From Opitutales bacterium (GTDB taxonomy: Bacteria; Verrucomicrobiota; Verrucomicrobiia; Opitutales; UBA2987), in assembly GCA_965226885.1 (NCBI GenBank), contig CBDDEL010000017.1, positions 480,001-544,000 on the forward strand: a DNA stretch of 64,000 nucleotides. Reading direction: 5' to 3'. A program made the position numbers and the translations under genes. Positions 1 to 9,791 of the stretch are shown here, in pieces. The first letter of the stretch is position 1. Each line of letters opens with the position of its first letter. The notes beneath the pieces were generated by a model, which ran no database searches, was not told where the DNA came from, and was given only the letters and a program-made list of their open reading frames with translations.

Positions 1-200
1 GGTACATGGCCAATTATGTGAAAAATATGCAGTGCTGTAGCACTATAATAGCGGGGGATTTGTAATTCAATCTACACGGATTTAGGGCTTTGCACAACAC
101 AAAAAAACTTTTTGAGCCATACCATGAAAACCCGTACGGGACCTCTGTTTTATGTAGACAAACCGCCGTCGGCAATCCGGCATCCTGTCAAAGTTAAGAT

Positions 201-1528
201 TGATGTGCACTGGAAAAAGTGGACACGAGATTCTCCTAAATGGAGAATCGAAGCATGGGAAGAAGACGCTTTAGTATAGAGTTCAAAAATGAGGCAGTTT
301 AACTGATGATACTCGATGGTCTGAGCGCCACCGAGGTATCGACCAAACTTGGGGTCAACACCAACCAATTGTATAGGTGGAAGAGGCTCTATCTGGACGA
401 TCAGCAGGGCGAAGCCACCTCAAAGCGACAGAGCAGTCCGAAGGAGATGGCGGCCGAGATAGATCGTCTTCGCAAAGAGCTGCGCCGCTCGGAGCGGATC
501 AACCAGATACTAAAAAAAACGGTGGGCTACTTTGCCAAGGACGAACAATGAAGTACCAGTTTGTCAAAGACAACGAGGGGCGCTTCAAGATCGAGGAAAT
601 ATGCTCGGCGATGGGGATTTGTCGCAGTGGCTATTACTGCTGGAGGTACCGAGCGCCCTCGGCCCGGCGGATCGAGGACGAGGGAATCAAGGGGGCGATC
701 CTGAAGGTACACAAAGAGGCCAAGGGCCGCTATGGGCATCGGCCAATGCACCGCCATCTGAAGGATGATGAGGGCATCGATTGCGGCCGTGACCGGGCTC
801 TGCGTCTGATGCGTGAAATGGGAATCAAAAGCACCCAGAGTAAACGCTTTAAGCCATTAAAAACCAACAGTAACCATCCCTATGGTTACAGCCCCAATGT
901 GCTTAAAAAGCATGGCCAGCCGACCCATATCGACGAGGTCTGGGTGGCGGACACGACCTACCTACGGACCTTGGCCGGTTGGATGTACTTGGCCACGGTG
1001 ATGGACCTGTTCAGCCGACGCCTGCTGGGCTGGAGCGTTTCCAACCACAACGACGCGAAGCTGGTTGGCAAGGCCCTCAAAGCCGCGGCCATGACCCGCG
1101 GCACACTGCGCACCGGGATTATTCATCACAGCGATCGGGGCAGCCCCTACGCCAGCGACGACTATCAGAGGCTGGTCTCTGAACTAGGCATGAAGCCGAG
1201 CATGAGCGCCCAAGGCAACTGCTACGACAACGCGGCCATGGAATCGTTCTACGGCCGCTTCAAGACCAGCACGATTCGAGGCCGCCACTTTGCCGACGAG
1301 CGCGAACTGCGATCAACTGTCTTCGAATACGTGGAAATCTTCTACAACCGATATCGCAAACATTCCTCTCTGAGTTACCAAAGCCCAGTCCAATTCGAGG
1401 AAAATATTTGCCCCCCATGGGGGGCAACGAGAAAACAAAACCCTTTACCAAAACAAGCCGCCTGACACACTAATCAATAAACAATGAATATAAGAGAATC
1501 CCGTGTCCAACAAATCCAGTACACGTCA
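201..1528 (+). mobile_element. IS3-family element copy 1 (orfA has a nonsense mutation)
   Basis: Ends TGATGTGCACTGGA...TCCAGTACACGTCA (imperfect IR), 1328 bp, TSD AGAT (197-200/1529-1532); CAA>TAA at 300-302 in orfA relative to the other copies. Confidence 0.96.
255..1465 (+). pseudogene. IS3 transposase orfA (255-551, premature TAA) / orfB (548-1465, rve DDE domain)
   Basis: HTH orfA; orfB motifs WVADTTY, HSDRGSPY, DNAAMESF; ATGA overlap; A8 run near the orfA end. Confidence 0.9.
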
Positions 1529-1536
1529 AGATCGCT

Positions 1537-2193
1537 TCAATTGGAAAGGCTGTTCACCAGGCATGAACGAGGATGCACATTTAACAAATGACACCGCTCT
1601 TCATCCCTCAGGTAACGAATGGGGTCGCTGTTTCCGCGTCTGATCTTGATTTTTGACGGCAGACTGAGGGCTACTTTTCGATGGAAGTATATGCGGCTCT
1701 TTTCTGAAATCAAATCATCAAAAAACACGGCATGATAATAGGACAAGAGATAGGATATAATCTCGATATAATCGAGGTTGCCAGCGGCAATATGGCAGTT
1801 CAACCGTTCGACCCAACTGAACCCGTGCAGCATTTGCAATCCTTTGTTTGTCAATGCGTTAAATTCGTGATAGATGCGTGTGATGGGACGCTGATTTTCG
1901 TGTCCAGGCTCTTTTCGCAAGACTGCAATATCAAACTCGGAACCGACCCAGTAAGAAAGAGCCAATTGGCGCAATTCATCCAGATAAGCAGATTCCCAAT
2001 TGACCGCCCGATCGGCAAAGGGTATTCTCTGACCACTGATATCAATGAGACTGTAAGGACCTTTGGGATCTCCAAATGCAACTATTTTCAGCCGATTATA
2101 ATATTTCGGGCGATGGCCAAGGGACCAAATTTCCTTGGTCGTACTATGCTTTCGCGGCGCGAAATACTTGTTTCTGCTCTGGTCGTTTACCAT
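1537..2193 (-). CDS. hypothetical protein (218 aa)
   Basis: Long ORF with AAGGAG SD upstream and an AT-rich upstream region; no recognisable motif. Confidence 0.55.
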   Translation of the reverse strand: MVNDQSRNKYFAPRKHSTTKEIWSLGHRPKYYNRLKIVAFGDPKGPYSLIDISGQRIPFADRAVNWESAYLDELRQLALSYWVGSEFDIAVLRKEPGHENQRPITRIYHEFNALTNKGLQMLHGFSWVERLNCHIAAGNLDYIEIISYLLSYYHAVFFDDLISEKSRIYFHRKVALSLPSKIKIRRGNSDPIRYLRDEERCHLLNVHPRSCLVNSLSN

Positions 2194-2416
2194 TTATCCG
2201 TATTCTCCTTGGCGCTTGATGAGTTCAAGAAGAATGATGAAGTTTAAAATTTAACTAATTTATTTATCGTTTTATATCTTATATATTTTTACAAGTATAA
2301 TATACATCAACTATTTACATATTCAATGAAAAGACGATTATATGTAAACGCCGGGGAAAAACCGGTACGGTAAAGAGGGCGCTTTAAAACCGGTACGCTT
2401 ATCCTAGAAAGGAGGA

Positions 2417-3922
2417 GTGTATCGAGATATGAAGCAATGGACAAGAGTGCGGCACAAAGTGCTGCGGGACAAGCAGAGCAAGCGCTCTGTAATGCGAGAA
2501 GAGGGACTGCACTGGGAGACCCTGGGAAAGATGCTGGCCTATTCCCAGCCGCCGGGATACCGGCGCAAGAAGAGGCGAGAGCGCAAGATCGATCCGTATG
2601 TGGGCTGGATCGAGGAGGTGCTCAAAGCGGACCGGAACGTGCCCAAGAAGCAGCGCCATACGGCCAAACGGATCTACCAGCGTTTGGGTCGGGAGAAGGG
2701 CTACCAAGGGGGCTACACGGCGGTCAAGGAGGTGGTGGCCGAGCTGCGAGCGAGGCGGCGGGAAGTGTTCGTGCCGCTGGAGCACCGCCCCGGGGAGGGA
2801 CAGGTGGACTTCGGTCATGCCCTGGTGAAGGAGGCGGGGCAATTGCGTAGGCGGCCATTTTTTGCCATGAGCCTGCCCTACAGCGATGCCTTTTTCGTGC
2901 AGGTGTTCGAACGGGAGTGCACGGAGAGCTTCTGGGAGGGGCACCTGCGAGCTTTTGAGTTTTTCGGGGCGGTGCCCCGGCGCATCAGCTATGACAACTC
3001 GAAGGTGGCGGTGGGTAAGATTATCGGTTCGCGTGAACGCAAGCTGACCGACGGGTTTCTGCAGCTACAGAGCCATTACCTGTTCGAGGAACACTTCTGT
3101 CTGCCCGCCCGGCCCAACGAGAAGGGCGTGGTCGAGGGGATCGTGCGTTATGCCCGGGCCAACTTCCTGGTACCGGTACCGCAGGTTCGGGACCTGGAGG
3201 AACTCAACGCAAAGCTGTTGGAGGCATGTGAGCGGGACATGGAGCGTAAATTACGCGGGAAAAGGGCGGTGAAAAAGGAACTGCTGGCCGAGGAGCGCGC
3301 CGTCATGCTGGCGTTGCCGCCCATACCCTTTGAAGCGAGCCGCAAACGCTCGACCTGCGTCAGCAGCCTCTCGCTGGTGCGCTTCGAGTGCAACGACTAT
3401 TCGGTGCCGGTGCGCTGCGCCCACCATCCGGTGGTGGTGGAAGGGTCCTGTCGGCAGGTGGTGATCTTCTGTGGGGGCCAAGAGGTGGCCCGGCACCGCC
3501 GCATTTGGGATAAAGAGCAAGTCTCTTTCGAGCCGGTGCACTACCTGGCTTTGCTGGAGAAAAAACCGGGCGCTTTGGACTTCGCCCGCCCACTCTCGGG
3601 CTGGCAGTTGCCGCAGTGCCTGCAGGTCCTCAGACGCCGGCTCGAAAGCCAATGCGGGGGCGAAGGCACCCGGGAGTATATCCGGGTGCTGCGGCTGTTG
3701 GAGAAACACCCCATGGCGGCCTTGCAGCAGGCCGTCGTCTCGGCCCTGCGGGTGGGGGGACTGACTCGTGAGGCCATCGCCCAGTATCTCTATCCTCAGG
3801 AAGACTACGGGAGCAGAACCTTCCGGCTGGACGGCCATCCACACCTGCGTCACGTCCGTGTGGCCGCCCCTGACCTCGGTGCCTACAGCGAACTGCTCAA
3901 GATTCCAGGAGGGGCTTTATGA
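2417..3922 (+). CDS. istA: IS21 transposase IstA
   Basis: QRHTAKRI, GQVDFG, YDNSK, NEKGVVE motifs; SD AAGGAGGA upstream. Confidence 0.93.
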   Translation: MYRDMKQWTRVRHKVLRDKQSKRSVMREEGLHWETLGKMLAYSQPPGYRRKKRRERKIDPYVGWIEEVLKADRNVPKKQRHTAKRIYQRLGREKGYQGGYTAVKEVVAELRARRREVFVPLEHRPGEGQVDFGHALVKEAGQLRRRPFFAMSLPYSDAFFVQVFERECTESFWEGHLRAFEFFGAVPRRISYDNSKVAVGKIIGSRERKLTDGFLQLQSHYLFEEHFCLPARPNEKGVVEGIVRYARANFLVPVPQVRDLEELNAKLLEACERDMERKLRGKRAVKKELLAEERAVMLALPPIPFEASRKRSTCVSSLSLVRFECNDYSVPVRCAHHPVVVEGSCRQVVIFCGGQEVARHRRIWDKEQVSFEPVHYLALLEKKPGALDFARPLSGWQLPQCLQVLRRRLESQCGGEGTREYIRVLRLLEKHPMAALQQAVVSALRVGGLTREAIAQYLYPQEDYGSRTFRLDGHPHLRHVRVAAPDLGAYSELLKIPGGAL

Positions 3923-4694
3923 AGGAAGAAAAAAACCAGCTGCTGTTACACCATCACCTCAAGAAACTGAAGTTGCCCACCATCCTGCGCGAATGGCCGG
4001 CGGTGGCCGCGGCTTGTTCCCGGGACCGGCTCGATTACGCCGCCTTTTTGTTGCATCTGGTCGAACGGGAGCTCATTGAACGCGAACAGCGGGCCGCCCA
4101 GCGGCGGATCAAAAACGCCCGTTTCCCCGTGCTCAAGACCCTCGAGAGCTTCGCCTTTGAAGCGCAGCCCTCGATCAACGAAGCGCTCATCCGAGAGCTC
4201 ATGCGCGGGGAGTATGTCGACCAGCGCGAAAACGTGCTGCTCCTCGGTAACGCCGGTACCGGTAAAACGCACCTGGCCACCGCCCTGGGCTTTGCCGCCT
4301 GTGCCCAGGGCCGGCGGATCCGTTTCTTCGGGGTCACCGCCCTGGTTACCCATATGCTCGAGCGCTCGAGCAACGCGACAACCACGACCTGCAGCGCTTC
4401 ATGAAGCAACTCGAAAGGCTCGACCTACTCATCCTCGACGAACTCGGTTACGTCCCTTTTTCCAAGACCGGTTCCGAACTGCTCTTCGACGTGGTCAGCC
4501 GCGCTTACGAGCGCACCAGTCTCATCGTCACCACCAACCTGCCCTTTGAGAACTGGATCGAAGTGCTCGGTTCCGAACGGCTCACCGGAGCTCTGCTGGA
4601 CCGACTCACCCATCGGGTGCATATCCTCGAAGCCAACGGGCAAAGCTACCGCTTGCGCGATGCTCGACGCCGTCGCCGTGGCACAAAACAATAA
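3919..4694 (+). pseudogene. istB: IS21 helper ATPase IstB, frameshifted
   Basis: Walker A GNAGTGKT and Walker B LILDELGY lie in different frames; 8-bp tandem duplication GCTCGAGC at 4356-4371. Confidence 0.92.
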
Positions 4695-4970
4695 ACGCCT
4701 TGGGCCCGGCTCGTCGGCCTCCGGCCTCCTCACCGACCCCAAGCCAATCCCCAAAACCAACTCCCAAACCCTAAACCTTGACGTACCTGCAATTACTAAC
4801 CTAAACCTTATTCCAAGCGTACCGGTTTTACCCCGACCCCCGTACCGGTTTCATCCCGGCGTTTACAATTATATCAATATTTTGAAATATTTTTTACAAT
4901 AGTTGCCCTCTTTTCTACTTTCTATAAAAGTCGAACAAGGAGTGGATTTATTTACAGAAATCGGATAATA

Positions 4971-4996
4971 TGTAACCTTATGCATCCCGGTTCGTA
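4971..4996 (+). promoter_or_regulatory. putative ECF-sigma-dependent (autoregulatory) promoter
   Basis: TGTAAC-N16-CGTA matches the general ECF AAC...CGT promoter layout, upstream of the ECF operon. Confidence 0.6.
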
Positions 4997-5005
4997 TTCA
5001 GGGGC

Positions 5006-5152
5006 ATGAAAACGAATTATTATCGAGAATTTCTGGTATGGACCTTGACCAGCCTGCTGCTGCTGATCGGTGTAATGGCCGCGGAGGCAGGGGTTATAAG
5101 CCTGGTTGACGCTTTGGCGATTGATATTCCATTACGTAATGAGTTGGTATGA
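5006..5152 (+). CDS. small hydrophobic protein (48 aa), not in the ORF track
   Basis: MKTNYYREFLVWTLTSLLLLIGVMAAEAGVISLVDALAIDIPLRNELV*; ATG 9 nt after the -10 element. Confidence 0.45.
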   Translation: MKTNYYREFLVWTLTSLLLLIGVMAAEAGVISLVDALAIDIPLRNELV

Positions 5153-5268
5153 CCGCCGGGATTCCCTTTGACAAATCCGGGGCCACTGGGAACTAATTTA
5201 GAGGAAATCGCCCAGCTCGCCTGCTGTTAGACAAAAGAAAAATCGCTCAAAAACCCGGTTCAAAAAAA

Positions 5269-5817
5269 GTGATAACTGACGAGACGCTCATGCAATCTGT
5301 GAAAAATGGCACATTGGATTCCCTGGGGCCGCTATTTGAGCGCTACCATGTGAAGCTGTTCAATTTCTTTCTCCGACTAACCTCAAATCGGGAAACGAGC
5401 GAGGATTTAACCCAGAGCGTATTTCACAGGATTCTTCAATTTCGACATACTTATAAAGAAAACTATCCCTTTCGGGCCTGGATGTATCGCATGGCACGAA
5501 ATTTGCATGCGGACCACTATCGAAAGCACAATAGAAGCATGGAAACTTTCGAAGAAAGCCGTCATGCCGTAAATTCGGAGGGACCAGCTGTTGACGAATT
5601 GGAGAAAAAGGAAAGCAAACAGCGTTTGCTGGAAGCACTCAATCGATTGCCGATGAAACAAAAAGAATTGCTCGTGCTGAGCCGTTTCGAAGGATTGAAG
5701 TATGATGAAATTGCCCAAATCAAAGGAATATCGGTGGGGGCGATAAAAGTGAGGGTGCATCGAGCCATTGCACGGTTAAGAGAGGTATATTTGAAACTTC
5801 CGAAAATGGAGGGCTAA
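5269..5817 (+). CDS. ECF RNA polymerase sigma-70 factor
   Basis: Region 2 (EDLTQSVF, FRAWMYRMARN) and region 4 (GLKYDEIA, VKVRVHRA). Confidence 0.95.
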   Translation: MITDETLMQSVKNGTLDSLGPLFERYHVKLFNFFLRLTSNRETSEDLTQSVFHRILQFRHTYKENYPFRAWMYRMARNLHADHYRKHNRSMETFEESRHAVNSEGPAVDELEKKESKQRLLEALNRLPMKQKELLVLSRFEGLKYDEIAQIKGISVGAIKVRVHRAIARLREVYLKLPKMEG

Positions 5818-5904
5818 CCCGGATATTTCGTAAAAAAAGTATCGTTGATATGCTTAACTGCTGATATACAGCAGGATAGATCAATAATTAAAGCAATATC
5901 AGCG

Positions 5905-7215
5905 ATGACAAAAGGTAAACAATTAAAGCTACAGTTGACAAGGGTAAAAGGCCGCCGTGTGCGGGTTGATTTCAAGGGCGGAGAGGTTACTTCGGATGCC
6001 GGACTGCTTTTGATCCGGGAAGTGGATCGGCAGTTGGGCTTGACCGAACGAGCGGCCCGACAGTTAGTGGACAAACGGCAGAAGGGCAAAGTACGCCATG
6101 AGGTCTTGGGGATGCTGCTGCAGCGCGTTTACGGGCTGGTGGCGGGCTATGAGGATTTGAACGACTTTGATACCCTGCGCCACGATCCATTGTTGCAAAC
6201 GGTAACGGGGCGCATTGAAACGTTGGCCAGCGCGCCGACTTTGTGTCGTTTTGAAAACGGGCAGGATCGGCGGGCGGCCTTTGCGGTAAACGAGCTGTTG
6301 GTCGAACAGTTCATGGGCTCCTTTGCCGAGGAACCCGAAGAGATCATCCTGGACTTTGACGGCACCGACAATCCGGTGCACGGGCTCCAGGAGGGACGTT
6401 TTTTCCACGGTTATTATGATCATTACTGTTTTCTGCCGCTATATGTTTTTTGCGGTGATCAGCTGCTGGTGGCCTACCTGCGGCCGAGCAAGATCGATGC
6501 CAGCAAGCATGCCGGGGCCATCCTCAAATTGCTGGTTAAACGGATTCGCCAAAGCTGGCCCCGTACGCGGATTATTTGGCGCGCCGACAGTGGATTTTGT
6601 CGAGACCGGATACTCTCTTGGTGCGACCGCAACGAAGTTAGTTACATCGTGGGGATGGCTCGCAATGCACGCTTGCAGCAAGACGCCCAGCAGTTGCAAA
6701 AGCAGGCCAAAGAATGGTTCGAACTAAGGGGTAAAAAACAACGGTTATTCCAGGACTTCGTCTATGCTGCCGATTCGTGGCGATGGCTGCGGTTGGTCAT
6801 CCATAAAGCCGAACACACCGCACAGGGGTCCAACCCGCGCTTCGTGGTGACGAACCTGCCGGGCGATCCCCAGGAGCTTTACGACAAGGTATACTGTGGC
6901 CGCGGTGAAATGGAGAACCGCATCAAGGAACAGATGCAATTGTTCAGCGAGCGCACCAGCGCCCATCAATGGTGGGCCAATCAGTGGCGATTGCTCTTGT
7001 CGGCGCTGGCCTACACCTTGATGGAAGCCATGCGCCGGTTAGCCTTAAAAGGGACGAAGTGGGCGCGGGCCCAATGCCACACCCTGCGGCTCAAATTAAT
7101 CAAGATCGGAGCGGTCATCGTGCGCAACACCCGAACGATTCACTTTCACCTAAGTGAGAGTTATCCTTGGGCCAGTCTTTTCAACCATGCGGCCCGCCGA
7201 TTGGTGCCAACCTAA
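5905..7215 (+). CDS. IS1380-family transposase
   Basis: TSDAGLLL, GYEDLND, LDFD, RADSGF, RGEMENRIKE motifs. Confidence 0.94.
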   Translation: MTKGKQLKLQLTRVKGRRVRVDFKGGEVTSDAGLLLIREVDRQLGLTERAARQLVDKRQKGKVRHEVLGMLLQRVYGLVAGYEDLNDFDTLRHDPLLQTVTGRIETLASAPTLCRFENGQDRRAAFAVNELLVEQFMGSFAEEPEEIILDFDGTDNPVHGLQEGRFFHGYYDHYCFLPLYVFCGDQLLVAYLRPSKIDASKHAGAILKLLVKRIRQSWPRTRIIWRADSGFCRDRILSWCDRNEVSYIVGMARNARLQQDAQQLQKQAKEWFELRGKKQRLFQDFVYAADSWRWLRLVIHKAEHTAQGSNPRFVVTNLPGDPQELYDKVYCGRGEMENRIKEQMQLFSERTSAHQWWANQWRLLLSALAYTLMEAMRRLALKGTKWARAQCHTLRLKLIKIGAVIVRNTRTIHFHLSESYPWASLFNHAARRLVPT

Positions 7216-7284
7216 AGGGTGCATTGGTGCTGCCCCCGGCACTACCGAACCAATGGGGGAAAGGGGGCAGTGTCTCTACACCCT
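7216..7284 (+). other. predicted pseudoknot-like structure in the IS1380 3' non-coding region (all copies)
   Basis: AGGGTG/CACCCT, CATTGGT/ACCAATG and CTGCCCCC/GGGGGCAG pairings, the last two crossing. Confidence 0.5.
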
Positions 7285-7392
7285 GAAAAACACCTAAAAA
7301 TCAAGACGATCTGCTCAAAATACAAAGAAATCCATCTCCAATAGCAATAACGAGCCAAACTTTACCCTTCATGAAATATCCGGGCTAATACA

Positions 7393-8229
7393 ATGAAATG
7401 CGAAAATGTCAGCGTGCAATTGCCTTCATTGTGGGAAAACAGTCTGGAACCTGCCTTGGCGGAGGATGTTCGCCGGCACCTGGATCATTGCAAAACCTGC
7501 CGTGAAGAATGGAAACATTTAGGCGCCTTGTTGGCTGAAATAGAGGCCGTTGAAAAGGTCCCGCCGAGCCATCACTTGCGGGAAAACTTTTACCTCATGC
7601 TGGAAGAAGCAAAAGCGGATGCCAACCTTGAAAGCGTCGATATACTGGGGAAAACCTTGGTTGAACCTATTTTCTGGAAATACATGCCCTGGGCGGGAAG
7701 CATTGCGGCCGGCCTGGCGCTGCTCCTGGGAGGCTTCTGGATCGGCAGGCAGCAGACTTACCCGCCGGGAATGCCGAGCCCACATACTGAAACGGCCGCC
7801 GCCCGGGAACTGGAATCTTTGCAGGGGCAAATCGAATCCATGAAAGAGATGATGGCCGTTTACATGATGGACCAGCGTTCCGCCAGCAAACGCATCCAGG
7901 CCGTTAGCTACACCGATGAAATTTCGGAACTCTCGCCGGAACTCTTCGAGGCGCTCTTGCAAAGACTCAACCAGGACGAGAATGTAAATGTTCGTTTGGC
8001 CTCCCTCAACGCTCTGACCCGTTTTACCCGGCAGGAAAATGTGCGCGCCGCCCTGGTCGATTCCCTGCCCGGACAGACTCATCCGGTGATGCAGATATTG
8101 CTGATCAACCTGATGGTGGACATGGATGAAAAACGAGCCCGCGGCCCTCTGCAGCTGTTGCTGGACAACGCTGCCACCCCGTTGGAGGTTAAAGACAAAG
8201 CCCTCAAGGGCCTGGGACAGCTCCTTTAA
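7393..8229 (+). CDS. anti-sigma factor (zinc-finger HxxxCxxC, TM helix, HEAT-like repeats)
   Basis: HLDHCKTC motif, TM WAGSIAAGLALLLGGFWIG, DENVNVRLASLNAL HEAT-like segment; follows the ECF sigma. Confidence 0.88.
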   Translation: MKCENVSVQLPSLWENSLEPALAEDVRRHLDHCKTCREEWKHLGALLAEIEAVEKVPPSHHLRENFYLMLEEAKADANLESVDILGKTLVEPIFWKYMPWAGSIAAGLALLLGGFWIGRQQTYPPGMPSPHTETAAARELESLQGQIESMKEMMAVYMMDQRSASKRIQAVSYTDEISELSPELFEALLQRLNQDENVNVRLASLNALTRFTRQENVRAALVDSLPGQTHPVMQILLINLMVDMDEKRARGPLQLLLDNAATPLEVKDKALKGLGQLL

Positions 8230-8275
8230 GAATTGGCCATCATTTCAAAATCAAGATAAAGAATAAGGAATTAAA

Positions 8276-9181
8276 ATGAATCAAATTAAACAATTATTAT
8301 GCCTCGTGCTGCTAGGCCTGTTTCCAACTGTCGGGTTGGCCAGAGAAGGGGCGAAGCATTCATTCATTCCCGCGGAAACCATTCGGGAGGTGCGGCTCAC
8401 CTTTATTGAAAATTACGGCGATATTACAATCGAAGGCACAGAGGAGGAGGAGATCACCATTATTGCATTAGATTACGAACAGCAGAATGAGGAAGATGAG
8501 GAGGGAGACGACTTCATTTCTGTATTTTCAGTTGGCCGGGACAATACGGGAATCGGCCTCACCATTGAGGAAGATAAAGATAGTGTAAAAATCGTCGGTA
8601 TTCCCAATAGCGCTTCATCCGACTACGCAATCAGCATTCCCAATCGGTTTTCCCTAAAAGTAAACAATATTGGGAACGGCGATTCCATCATTCAAAATTT
8701 CAAGGGTGAAATCGAGGTATCCGTAGTAGAGGGCGACGCCATCATCAGAAATATTACCGGCCCGGCCACTTTGCACAATATGAATGGAGATTTGGTGGTC
8801 AGCTTTTCCGAGGTTTCCCAGGAAGCTCCCACTTCCATAACTAACCTCAATGGCGACACGGTGGTGAGCATTCCAGCGGACACTCGGGCCAATCTAAAAA
8901 TGAAATCGCTCAACAGCGATATCCGTACAAACCTGAACATTGAATTCGACACCCAAAGACAGGACCGTCACGCCTATAATTTCGGACCGCGAACCGTCAG
9001 CGGAAAATTGAACGGCGGAGGGGTCCTCATTTCACTGGAATCGATCAATGGCGATATCGTCCTCAAAAAAAATAGCGGAAAAATTTCCGAGCTTTCTCTA
9101 AAACCACCCAAACCTCCAAAAACCAATAGCCGGAAGCGTAATCGCACCGAGGATGTGGAGGAATTTGAAGAATTAAACTAA
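8276..9181 (+). CDS. secreted DUF4097-like beta-strand repeat protein
   Basis: Signal peptide; repeated GD-I motifs; C-terminal GKLNGGG...SINGDI. Confidence 0.82.
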   Translation: MNQIKQLLCLVLLGLFPTVGLAREGAKHSFIPAETIREVRLTFIENYGDITIEGTEEEEITIIALDYEQQNEEDEEGDDFISVFSVGRDNTGIGLTIEEDKDSVKIVGIPNSASSDYAISIPNRFSLKVNNIGNGDSIIQNFKGEIEVSVVEGDAIIRNITGPATLHNMNGDLVVSFSEVSQEAPTSITNLNGDTVVSIPADTRANLKMKSLNSDIRTNLNIEFDTQRQDRHAYNFGPRTVSGKLNGGGVLISLESINGDIVLKKNSGKISELSLKPPKPPKTNSRKRNRTEDVEEFEELN

Positions 9182-9294
9182 AGCAGGGGGTAAAATCCCA
9201 TGAGTACCGGCCATAAAATTTTCCGCATAAGAAAAAAATCATTAGTTTTTTACCGATTCCGACCGAAAAAAGAATAAACCAGATTTTTAAAGTA

Positions 9295-9702
9295 ATGTCG
9301 GAAAACAAAACTCCAGGCCGGTTTCGGGGCGGGGTAAATAGATGGCCAAGGATACTTTTATGGTCGATCCTTGGGTTCCCACTATTGACTGGGGTCTGCG
9401 GGTGCTCAAAATTTGCCCGAAATCAAATCAACGCTAGTTTCAAATCTGGCGGAACCGTCCTACAAATAGAGAATACGGGCAACTGGGATTGGCCGCATCT
9501 GTTCGTAAAACTAAATCGATACGCCCCCGAGGGACCTTTTACTTTGGCTATTAACGAGCCCTTGGCCGCTGGTGAAAGTATAAATGTAGAGCTGGCAAAC
9601 TTCCGCAACGCTGGCGGCAGCCGATTCAATCCGGTTGAAACCAAAGTGGAAATAATCTCGCTGCGTATTGCGGCTGAAGATCGAACTTTCCGCTTCAATT
9701 AG
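9295..9702 (+). CDS. hypothetical, possible lipoprotein
   Basis: Hydrophobic N-region followed by LTGVCGC; same orientation as the operon. Confidence 0.6.
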   Translation: MSENKTPGRFRGGVNRWPRILLWSILGFPLLTGVCGCSKFARNQINASFKSGGTVLQIENTGNWDWPHLFVKLNRYAPEGPFTLAINEPLAAGESINVELANFRNAGGSRFNPVETKVEIISLRIAAEDRTFRFN

Positions 9703-9791
9703 ACCCTTCACGACTTTTCATAATGCTCGGTTCATGAGAAGCGGGCAAATTAAGTAAAAAGTTGACTTGTAGGGAGCGCAGTTTTTTTGAT

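Larger units (their letters stand above)
2343..4867 (+). mobile_element. IS21-family element
   Basis: TGTAAACGCCGGG...CCCGGCGTTTACA IRs, repeated AAACCGGTACG subterminal motifs at both ends, 6-bp TSD ATTATA (2337-2342/4868-4873), istA+istB. Confidence 0.96.
5818..7384 (+). mobile_element. IS1380-family element copy 1 (intact)
   Basis: IRs CCCGGATATTTC...GAAATATCCGGG, 1567 bp, TSD CTAA (overlaps the sigma stop codon). Confidence 0.96.

Noticed and set aside
377..547. N-terminal extension of the 362-aa IS3 ORFs
   Set aside because: Alternative-frame overlap with orfA; OrfB starts at the ATGA overlap or by -1 frameshift
1732..2247. 171-aa plus-strand ORF
   Set aside because: Antisense to 1537-2193, which is longer and has a clear SD
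4356..4371. IS excision footprints as the sole cause of the micro-duplications
   Set aside because: 8 bp fits the IS1 TSD here, but the 5-22 bp range does not match the 3-4, 4, 6 and 8 bp TSDs of the resident elements
4699..4743. Stem-loop after istB as a novel RNA
   Set aside because: Single copy with imperfect pairing; GC-rich hairpins at IS21 right ends are unremarkable without comparative data
7222..7270. HDV-like ribozyme in the IS1380 tail
   Set aside because: Helix order resembles P1/P2/P3, but there is no P4, no catalytic C in the joining strand and no canonical L3; kept only as a generic pseudoknot candidate
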